DNA of 64,000 nt from a virus (lineage: Duplodnaviria > Caudoviricetes). Position numbers and translations under genes: made by a program. The DNA lies in IMG/VR virus record IMGVR_UViG_3300036971_000130; one strand, 5' to 3'. The notes beneath the pieces were generated by a model, which saw only the letters and a program-made list of their open reading frames with translations, searched no databases and was not told the origin of the DNA. Position 1 is the stretch's first letter; the number at the start of each line of letters is the position of its first letter. Positions 28,103 to 36,600 of this stretch are shown here, one piece after another.

Positions 28103-30909
28103 GGCGTGGTACCTCCACCGGAACCGCCCCCGCCGGAACCTCCGGAACCACCAGTGCCGCCAGAGCCGCCGCCACCAGCGGGACGGCCACCGCCACCATG
28201 ACGACCGCCACCACCGTGATGACGGCCACCACCGTGATGACGGCGACCGTTCGAGCCAGCACCGCCGCCACCACCAGCCGGGCGAGGACGGTGATGCGGT
28301 CGAGGCGTGCCACCACCGCCGCCAGCGGGGTTGTTGCCGGGGTTGTTGTTGTTCCCATGGTTCCGAGCGTAGCTGTCCACGGCAGTGCGCTGGTGATCCA
28401 TGAAGTACCTGGACGTGGTCCTCTGGTCGCCATCGGGGTTCCGACGACGTTCCATCATGTTGCGTCGAGCACGGTTCAGGGACCGAGCACCGGCAGCCGC
28501 AGCCACCGGAACAGCGATCGGAGCAGCGAACGCCGAAGCGCCGAACGCAAGGCCAGCACCAGCGAGGATGGCACCTCGGGTAGCCATGCGCTTCATGCCG
28601 CCGCCCTTCTTCCAGTTCGACAGGCCGTTCTTCGCTGCGCCACCGAGAGCGCCGAGGCCGTACTTGGCACCAGCCCAAGCCTGACCGATGCCAGGTGCGC
28701 TCCGGACCTTGTTATAGAACCCGGACATGAACTTCGTGTTCGAAAGCTGACCCGCACGATGCGTCGAGAACGGAGCCCGGAGGTTCGCCAGAGCGCCGTG
28801 CTTCTGACGAGCAGGCTTCGCAGCCGCAGCACCAGCAGCAGCAGCACCAGCGGCAGCACCGGCAGCGGCGGATGCACCAGCGGCCTTCCGCTTGTTCCTG
28901 ACCGCAGTGTTCTTGCCGTAGGAACGACGATCGAGACGACGATCGACGGCCCGACGGGCGGAACTCGTACCACGACGAGCGAGACGATCGACACCGGCGA
29001 CGGTGGCTCCGCCAGCAGCACCAGCCAGAGCACCGTAAGCCATGGCCGACGACGGCGAGAACGGCGACGGCATGCCCATGGCATCCTTCATAATCTTCTG
29101 AAGGATGATGATGGCGGTGATCGGAGCGAAGCCCATCCACAGGAGTTGCAGGAAGGAGCCAGGCCCGAAGGACTCAATGCCGATCTGGTTCAGGAACCCG
29201 GTCACGATCGTGACGAGGCCGAGGATCAGCATGAGGCCAGACGAGTAGATCGTCATGCCGAGCAGGAACTTCACGAACTTGGCAAGCTTCGAGTCCCCGC
29301 CCCCGGACCCGAACAAGGCGAAGACGAGCATCGGGAAGATCATCACGATCATCACGACCGAGACCGTCTTGGCGATGATGACACCACCAGCGATGAGACC
29401 GAAGACGATCATAATGAACAGGGCCGAGATCACGTAGATGAAGGCGACCGCCATCGAGTTGGCGTAGGCGTCACCGTGCCAGGTCATCAGGAAGTCACGG
29501 GCGCTCGACGATTCCTTGGTGTTGTCGTTGATGTAGCCGGACGAGTCGGTCCACTCGAATCGGGTGTCCTCGGCGTTCCAGTCGTCCCAGACGCTCTCGC
29601 AGGATTCGGCCCACGAAGTTCCGTCCTCGCCTCGGGTGACCTCGGGCCAGGAATCCTTGCCTCCACCTTCGGCGGACTCGTCCGAGGTCGGCTCACCCTT
29701 GACGTTCACGGTCGTGAAGTTGCCCTTGGAGTCGAGAGCACAGCTAGCCCACCAGATGCCAGCCTGGTCCCTCGTCTTGTTGTTGCCGCCGGTGAACAGT
29801 TCCGTCGACGGGATCTGAGACTCGAACTTGTTGAACACCATCGTCGAAGCAGCGATGCGGTCACGCTCACGGGTGGCGTCGAAGCCTGCACCCTTCGCCT
29901 TGTTCTTGTAGCCAGCGATGTACTTGGCGTCGACCAGCTTGTACCCGGCGTTGCGATCGAGCAGGCGGCAGTAGACACGCTCGCCGTAGTTGTTCTTGGT
30001 GCCGAACTGGACCCGGATGTAGGAGGACAGGCCAGACTGCTCCCACATCGACGAGATGACGAGAGGCAGCGAGGCAGCGTCCGGGTTGCGGACGTTGTTG
30101 GTGTAGCGGGCACGCAGGTTCGCCACGTACATCCGGCACGAGAGCGGATCGTTGGCAGAACTGTTCCCGGAGGTTCCGTAGGCACCCGGACCAGGCATCT
30201 GGTTCACCAAGGCGTTCGTCGGCATCGACGCCACCGAGGTGACGATGTTCTCCGTCTTCTGGGCGAACCAGGCGGGCGAACCACCTGCCACCTTGTTCGT
30301 CTGGTTCGTCTGGATGGCACCGTTCATCAGGACGATGAAGACGGTCAGCGTCATCACGGTCTGGACGAGCTTCTTCTTCGGGTTCTCGGCGGTCTTGTTC
30401 GCCTTCCAGAGAGCGCCGATGATGGCGCACGCAGCGGCGAAGGAGACGAGCCCGGAGTCCAGCATGGCGTTGCCGAGGGACGCCGACACCCGGTCGGCCG
30501 CACAGCCGCCGGAGTCGAGCAACGTGTAGTCGGAGGCGAACATGATGAAGCCACCGGCGACGGACCAGAACGTGTCACCCCAGGTCAGGGAGACCGACTG
30601 GATGAAGCTTCGGTTCAGCTTCTTGTCGATGTCGTCGGTGACGCCAGCGCCAAGACGGGAGTGAAGCTGGGACGTGGAGCCAGCCCAGCGGGTCAGCGGC
30701 AGGTACTTCTCGGCCTTGACCTTGCTGTCGGTCTCGTCGCTGAGAGTGGCGTCTTCCGCCTGGACATCGTCGAATCGACGGCATTCGCCGTTGGCCGACG
30801 CCTGGGCGGCAACGGCGTCAGGGGTCTGGGCATGGGCCGCACCGGAGAACGCCCCGAACAGCATCACGGCCGTGAACATCACGACCAGGATCTTGGAGAT
30901 GAGCTTCAC
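28099..30909 (-). CDS. VirB6-like polytopic conjugation membrane protein
   Basis: Signal peptide, multiple TM blocks, basic Gly/Ala/His-rich tail; lies between PrgI-like and hydrolase genes. Confidence 0.7.
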   Translation of the reverse strand: MKLISKILVVMFTAVMLFGAFSGAAHAQTPDAVAAQASANGECRRFDDVQAEDATLSDETDSKVKAEKYLPLTRWAGSTSQLHSRLGAGVTDDIDKKLNRSFIQSVSLTWGDTFWSVAGGFIMFASDYTLLDSGGCAADRVSASLGNAMLDSGLVSFAAACAIIGALWKANKTAENPKKKLVQTVMTLTVFIVLMNGAIQTNQTNKVAGGSPAWFAQKTENIVTSVASMPTNALVNQMPGPGAYGTSGNSSANDPLSCRMYVANLRARYTNNVRNPDAASLPLVISSMWEQSGLSSYIRVQFGTKNNYGERVYCRLLDRNAGYKLVDAKYIAGYKNKAKGAGFDATRERDRIAASTMVFNKFESQIPSTELFTGGNNKTRDQAGIWWASCALDSKGNFTTVNVKGEPTSDESAEGGGKDSWPEVTRGEDGTSWAESCESVWDDWNAEDTRFEWTDSSGYINDNTKESSSARDFLMTWHGDAYANSMAVAFIYVISALFIMIVFGLIAGGVIIAKTVSVVMIVMIFPMLVFALFGSGGGDSKLAKFVKFLLGMTIYSSGLMLILGLVTIVTGFLNQIGIESFGPGSFLQLLWMGFAPITAIIILQKIMKDAMGMPSPFSPSSAMAYGALAGAAGGATVAGVDRLARRGTSSARRAVDRRLDRRSYGKNTAVRNKRKAAGASAAAGAAAGAAAAGAAAAKPARQKHGALANLRAPFSTHRAGQLSNTKFMSGFYNKVRSAPGIGQAWAGAKYGLGALGGAAKNGLSNWKKGGGMKRMATRGAILAGAGLAFGASAFAAPIAVPVAAAAGARSLNRARRNMMERRRNPDGDQRTTSRYFMDHQRTAVDSYARNHGNNNNPGNNPAGGGGGTPRPHHRPRPAGGGGGAGSNGRRHHGGGRHHGGGGRHGGGGRPAGGGGSGGTGGSGGSGGGGSGGGTTP

Positions 30910-31322
30910 TGGCGGCTGCTCCGAACGTAGTAGGGGACGGTCCCGTTGACGGGGACCGACGACCGAGAGATGACGTAGTACCGGCAGAAGATCGGCTCGA
31001 CAGGCTGACCTGCGACGACCCAGGTTCCGACGTTCGACTTCTTCTTGGTCCTGATGTGATCCCAGAGAGGAAGCCGGAGACCTGACTGGACTCGGTAGTT
31101 GATGAAGAAGAAGAAGATCCCGATGACCAGCGGGATGCAGAGGATGGAGTTGATCCCGAAGAACGGGAAGGCCAACAGCGTGACGAACACACCAGGGAGG
31201 AACCCTGCGATGCAGATGATGAAGGTCTTCTGCTGGATCTCGAACCCAGAGATCGTGACACGACGAGACTCGTTGAGGTCTCGGGTCAGGTGGGTGAGGG
31301 TGAATACCTCGTAGTCGCTCAT
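30906..31322 (-). CDS. PrgI/VirB3-like membrane protein
   Basis: Two TMs, ~138 aa, AGGAGG RBS before MSDYEV; operon position. Confidence 0.55.
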   Translation of the reverse strand: MSDYEVFTLTHLTRDLNESRRVTISGFEIQQKTFIICIAGFLPGVFVTLLAFPFFGINSILCIPLVIGIFFFFINYRVQSGLRLPLWDHIRTKKKSNVGTWVVAGQPVEPIFCRYYVISRSSVPVNGTVPYYVRSSRQ

Positions 31323-31397
31323 CTTTTCCTCCTGGTCAGACGAGAAGGGCGACACCCGGAGGTGTCGCCCTTCGATGTGGTGGGCTGCGGACGACGC

Positions 31398-31736
31398 CTA
31401 CGAAGCGTTCTTCGAGATGATCTTGGCGAGGGCGTTGGCGAGAAGGTCGATGATCGTGAGGATGTTCGGGATGATCAGACCCGGAGCCGACAGGATCGCA
31501 CCGATGAGGATGGCGTAGCCGATGTTCGATCCGCTACCACCACCACCGCCGCCACCGCCGGACTTGCGCTTGTCCCACAGCATCTTGACGACAGCGAAGA
31601 CGACGATCAGCATGCCGACGACGTTCATCAGGGTGGTGATGCCACCCAACGTCCCCGAGATCGTCTCCCAGAAGTCCTTCCAGCCTCCTGCGAGGTTCAC
31701 GGTATCGCCGGTTGCTCCGAAGATGGTGCTCAACAT
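31398..31736 (-). CDS. VirB2/TrbC-like pilin
   Basis: 112 aa, two hydrophobic helices joined by a poly-Gly loop; first gene of the transfer operon; AGGAGG RBS. Confidence 0.6.
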   Translation of the reverse strand: MLSTIFGATGDTVNLAGGWKDFWETISGTLGGITTLMNVVGMLIVVFAVVKMLWDKRKSGGGGGGGGSGSNIGYAILIGAILSAPGLIIPNILTIIDLLANALAKIISKNAS

Positions 31737-31764
31737 GTCTTGGCCCTCCTAGGCTGTCTACTGA

Positions 31765-31802
31765 GAAACTGTGACTTCCCCCATCACCCCATGGTGAAAT
31801 AG
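31765..31802 (-). promoter_or_regulatory. Repeated transfer-operon promoter/operator (copy 2)
   Basis: GAAACTGTGACTTC-N10-CCATGGTGAAATAG. Confidence 0.65.
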
Positions 31803-31803
31803 G

Positions 31804-32247
31804 TCAGGATGCCCGGACGAGCATCTCCATCTCCCGAACTTCGGGATCGCTGAGAATCCTCTCCCGCTGCTCATTGGAGAGCGGGAAGCGGAGAAGATGA
31901 CGAAGAACGATCGGGGACGAATCGCCAGCGAGCAGGTCGTTGATCTTCGGATCGCCACGATCGGCAAGCTCGAAACGGACCATCGGAGACGGGTCGTCGA
32001 CAAGGCGACGGGCCTGCTCGTCCGACAGGACGGGGTTCGTTGCAGCGGTCGCCCGAACGTGCTCGCTCGGGTGGTTGACGAACTCGTCGAGCGACTGGCT
32101 GTCGTTGCAGTTGAACGCAGCCTCGATCGCCTCGTCGTCGAGGGCGACCGGGTCACGGCTGATCTTCGGGTCGCCGCCGGTCCCGTACTGGGAAGGACCG
32201 AACGTGCCGTTGCCGAAGCGGATCTGGCTGGTGTTGTCGTTGCTCAT
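31804..32247 (-). CDS. LRV/HEAT-like repeat protein with N-terminal tag
   Basis: Start MSNDNT; repeats HPSEHVRATAATNP, DDPSPMVRFELA, DSSPIVLRHL. Confidence 0.7.
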   Translation of the reverse strand: MSNDNTSQIRFGNGTFGPSQYGTGGDPKISRDPVALDDEAIEAAFNCNDSQSLDEFVNHPSEHVRATAATNPVLSDEQARRLVDDPSPMVRFELADRGDPKINDLLAGDSSPIVLRHLLRFPLSNEQRERILSDPEVREMEMLVRAS

Positions 32248-32257
32248 CTCAGGTACC

Positions 32258-33613
32258 TCACGCCGAGACCTTCGTCCGGGTTCGAGGGGCGGTTGCAGCG
32301 AGGATCGCCGCATCCCAGGTTTCGTCCTCACGTCCGGGAACGAACATGATGGTCTGCATGATCTTGCGCTGGTCCTCGTAGGTCCCAGCGTCACTGAACG
32401 GGGCGAACAGCGCCCGGACCGTCCGGTCGCTTGCCGTCTCGTCGCTCCACTGACGCCACGCCTCCGCTACTCCACCGACATCAGCGATTGCCTTGCGGTG
32501 AGCGGTTGCACTGGTCGTCGAGAACTGCTCGTCACCGGACTTGACCTGGCTTGCGCCGGTCTCACGACGGAGGATCGACCAGAGTTGACGCTTGATCATG
32601 CTCTTGTCGCCACCAGCGAGAGCCTCGGCAGCGCCATGGTCGAAGGTGCTGAAGGTCGTTCCGGCCTCCATCGGAGAACTGGAACCGGTGAAGCTCGGGG
32701 CGGCGATGTCGATGCCGGGGCTGTCCTCGTCACCGCCAGCGTCGAGGGACAGCGTCCCACGCTTGATCTGCTGGATCGAGTGGAAGCCGATCGTCGGACG
32801 GCGGGTTGCAGCGAAGCCCATCCGGATCTCATCCGCGATCTCGTCACGGCGGGCTGCCGAGACAGGACCACGACGGCCTTCTTCTTCGACTCGCTCGGAC
32901 CACATGCGGTAGGCGTTGCGGTTCACCGACTGATCGGTGCCCGTGATGGCCTGACGAGCGACGTTGTCGACGATCGTGTTGATGTTCGGAGCGGCAGAGG
33001 TGAGGATGCCTCCCGGAGCGATGACACCTTCGTCATCGACCAGGCGGCTCTCGCCGTCCACCATCCGGCGACCGTTGGCTCCACGGACACGCTCGACGAA
33101 GCGAGACTGGGTGTTGCGCCAGGTCGTCAGGAACTCGCTGGTGGCAGCGTTCACGAGGTCTTCGTGGCTGTCGAAGTGCTGTGCGAGGGAGTCACGGGAC
33201 CGCTTGAAGTTGAGACCTGCACGGAGGTTCAGCGTCTTCAGGACGACCGCCTCGTCGTAGGAGCCGACGCCGTAGGCATCGAGGATCTCCTGGTCGGTAG
33301 CGGTCTCCGGGTCGATCGTGGCGAGTTCGTTCGAGCGGTCGGGAACGAACTTCTCGCCCTTGGCTTCAGCGGCACGCCGAGCACGGCGCTCACGCATTCG
33401 GGCGAGACGATCCTCAGGGATGACGACTTCCTCGAACACGGGAGCAGGAACAGGAGGGTTGTCCTCCTGCCACTCGGAGATGTCCGCTCGGATGTTGCGC
33501 TCGAACATGGCGTCGATGTCGACCAGGTCAGTGGTAGCACCGAACCCACGATCGCGAACGGAGAACTCTCCGACAACGTTCCGAGGGTGGCGTGCTTCAT
33601 CCCAGGTCTTCAT
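32258..33613 (-). CDS. Hypothetical protein with WDEARHPR..GEF tag, possible sigma-like core
   Basis: Leaderless CCAATAGTT-N5-ATG at MKTWDEARHPR; HEDLVNAA..F and TLSLDAGGDEDS resemble sigma regions 2 and 3. Confidence 0.7.
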   Translation of the reverse strand: MKTWDEARHPRNVVGEFSVRDRGFGATTDLVDIDAMFERNIRADISEWQEDNPPVPAPVFEEVVIPEDRLARMRERRARRAAEAKGEKFVPDRSNELATIDPETATDQEILDAYGVGSYDEAVVLKTLNLRAGLNFKRSRDSLAQHFDSHEDLVNAATSEFLTTWRNTQSRFVERVRGANGRRMVDGESRLVDDEGVIAPGGILTSAAPNINTIVDNVARQAITGTDQSVNRNAYRMWSERVEEEGRRGPVSAARRDEIADEIRMGFAATRRPTIGFHSIQQIKRGTLSLDAGGDEDSPGIDIAAPSFTGSSSPMEAGTTFSTFDHGAAEALAGGDKSMIKRQLWSILRRETGASQVKSGDEQFSTTSATAHRKAIADVGGVAEAWRQWSDETASDRTVRALFAPFSDAGTYEDQRKIMQTIMFVPGREDETWDAAILAATAPRTRTKVSA

Positions 33614-33618
33614 ACCTG

Positions 33619-33627
33619 AACTATTGG
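33619..33627 (-). promoter_or_regulatory. CCAATAGTT leaderless promoter motif (copy 2)
   Basis: Exact 9-mer 5 nt before ATG. Confidence 0.7.
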
Positions 33628-33646
33628 TGGCGAAAGCGGGCATCTG

Positions 33647-36600
33647 TCAACTCCTGCGAAGGGTGGCGGCGAAGTTCAGTGCAGCCGCTCCGGGAACTTC
33701 GTCAGCCCGGACGATCCAGGTCCGACGATGAATGTCAGAACGGGTGCTCTCCCGCATGATCGGGACTCCGTCATAGACCAGAGCTTTCGTCTCCGACATC
33801 ATCGACTCGTCGTTCAGGCGGTCGAAGCGACTGCCGGTCAGATGGTCGATGTTGTCGAGCGGAGTCTCGATCTCCGGTCTCGTACGACAGAGTACATTGC
33901 GAGCGCCGTCGAGCCAGTCATCGGTACCCGTAACCGAAGCTTCCACGATGATCTCGTCCACCTGGCCGGGCGACCACGGGAACTCGTAAACGGCTTCGGA
34001 CATCTCGATGAACTCCGACACCGTCCAGCGTCCGACCATGCCGGACCTGTCCGGCGGACGCACCGTGCCGGTGAGGGAAGGGGCTTCCATCGTGGCGACA
34101 GATCCACCGTCATCGGGCTTCGTCCCACCACCTCCGACCTCGAAGTTCGAGACGATCTGATCGAAGATCGCATCCACGTCCTCGGTCTCTGGTCCAAGTG
34201 CGATCGGTTCGTCTTCAGGTGCCGGAACCGGGTCGTCTTCCGGCTCTGGTTCCTGAGGTTCTGTGGGTTCAGTCGGCGCAGACGGAGGACCGTCGAAAAT
34301 CGACATCTGACCCATCCGTGGATCGTCGTCAGGACGATCGAAGATGAACTCGGGAACCTCGAAGCTGTCACGGAACGACGTGTCCTTCAGAGACAGGACT
34401 TCGAGATCGTCGAGGGTCAGTTCCGGACGTTCGTCTGCCGGTTCGACGTGCTCGACACCACTGCTGTCGTCATCATCGAGAGCGTCAGGCGGAGGTGGAG
34501 CCTGACGGACCTTACGGAGACCTCGGACGATCACGACATCACCGACGCTCGGGATGTTGCCCTGAGCGGTGAGGCGATCCATCGTACGGCTCCATGCCAC
34601 GCCACGGATGTAGGTGCTCGAACCTTCCAGGATGTAGGACGCACGGCGACCCCAGTGTCCGGACTTCTCAGCCCACGAAGCGAGGACGCCAACGGTGACG
34701 ACGGTCTGCTTCGTGGTCTCGGCCACGACCCGAGAGATCGGTTGAGGCTTGATCCCTGACAGACCGACGGACTTCAGTTCGTCGGTGTGGTGCGTCAGCG
34801 GCGAAGCCGACAGGAGAACACCCAACAGCTTCCGCTCACGACGGGCCTGCTCCACGTAGGACCAGGACATCAGCGGAACGTCGTCCTCGGCGTAGGCGAC
34901 GATGCCTGCGGTCGCCAGCAGGAACATCAGCGACTTCCGGGCAGGCGTACCATCGGGGAGCTTCGGAGCGAACTCGTCCATTGCCCCTGACTCGATGAGC
35001 TTCGGGATCTCGCCTCGGCCGACTCGCATCTCCGGCGGGAGGCCGGGGTCGAAGCACCGTGAGCAGAGATCATCGAAGGACGTGAACAACCCTCCACGGT
35101 CACGTTCAGCTACGAGACGATGCATCTCGGAAGCGTTGGCACCTTTGATCTCCGAGAGGCCGAACGAGACCTCGTTGCTGGCGTTGACCGAGGTCTTCAC
35201 CAGGCTTCCGTTCACCGACGGGAGCACGACGGCGACACCTTCCTCACGCATGGCGGTGAGCATCGACAGTCGGCGTTCGTTGTCCTTCGTCGACATGAGC
35301 AGACCAGCGGCGTACGCCTCCGGCCAGTTCGCCTTCAGGTAGGCGGTCATGTACGAGAGAGTTCCGTACGAGAACGAGTGGGCCTTGTTGAACGAGTATT
35401 CACCGGCCGACTTCATCGTGTCCCAGAGCCGCTCGGCGGTCTCGTAGTGGAACGCTGGCTTCACGAGGTTGCCATCCTCGTCCCGGATCTCCTGCTGGGC
35501 ACCTTCGACGAACTGGGTGCCGACCTTCGCAAGTTCGTCGGCGTTCTTCTTCGAGACCGCCTTCCGAAGCTTGTTCGTGCCGACCGGGTCGAAGCCTCCG
35601 ACCTTGGCGGCAATCGACATCATCTGCTCCTGGTACACGCAGTTGTGGACCACGACGCCGTTGGCGATGAAGTTGTGGATGCCCGCAACCGTGATGTCGT
35701 AGACCCTCTCGATGCCTCCGGTTGCGATCTCGGGGACCTCGATCCACCGGATGCCGCCGGGTTCGGATGCCGAATCGAGGAACGAGATCAGGAATGCGTT
35801 CTCGTTGTTCGGCATCGGCCTCACCTGGCTCTGGATGCCGAGACGCAGAGCGAGGAACTGGATCTGCTCGACGATCGTGGGCGACACCGTGAACAGTGGC
35901 CTCCCACTGGCGATGATCTGGCTGACCAACGCTCGAACGATCTCGTCGTCCGCCGACATGAACTCCTGGGGGATCGCCTCGTCGACGAACCACGAGTCTT
36001 CGGCCAGCGTGACACCGATGCCCCTGGCGTTCACGATCGAAACCAGATTGTCTCGCTGGTGCTCGACATCAGGGTTGAGGTACCGGCTCGGTTCGGCAAC
36101 GAGGTCACCGGAGACGAGATCGCCTGCTGCGATCCACCCTCGGTTCGTCAGAACCTTGTGGTCCGGCGTGGCTCGCAACGTCTGACCGTTCGAGAAGGAG
36201 AGCTTCATCACTTGGCGATCGCCGTTGTCCATGAAGTGCGTGATCTGCCCGGATGCCAGGTTGTTGTCCTCGTCGACGCCCTGAACCACCTCACCGACTT
36301 CAGCCTCGTCGATGTTGATGAGGTGGCCTCTCGTCACCGAGTAGATGCGAGTGTCCCCGGTCACGCAGACGCCGTAGGTGTCAGCGAAGACCGACTCGAT
36401 GATCTCGTTCTCGACCTCGGCGTTCTGTGAGGTGCGGGTGTACATGCCGTAGTCGACAGCCTCACGGCCGTGCTTGCGCTCCACGTACCTCGTGTGCATG
36501 TTGGCACCGAGTGGGCCAGGTCGGTACAGGGCGAGTAGAGCGGAGAGGTCGTTGAGGCTCGTCGGGCGCATGTCTACGGTGAGAGCCGTCATGCCCTGGG

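Noticed and set aside
28103-28678. N-terminal extension of the 1324-aa ORF (WWRR-rich)
   Set aside because: Alternate-frame reading of the Gly/His-rich VirB6 tail; the real start is the ATGA-coupled Met at 28102
24725-30930. Long plus-strand ORFs (863 and 1025 aa) and similar shadows elsewhere (31940, 37076, 49362)
   Set aside because: Antisense to clearly recognisable genes, with Arg/Gly/Val-rich shadow composition
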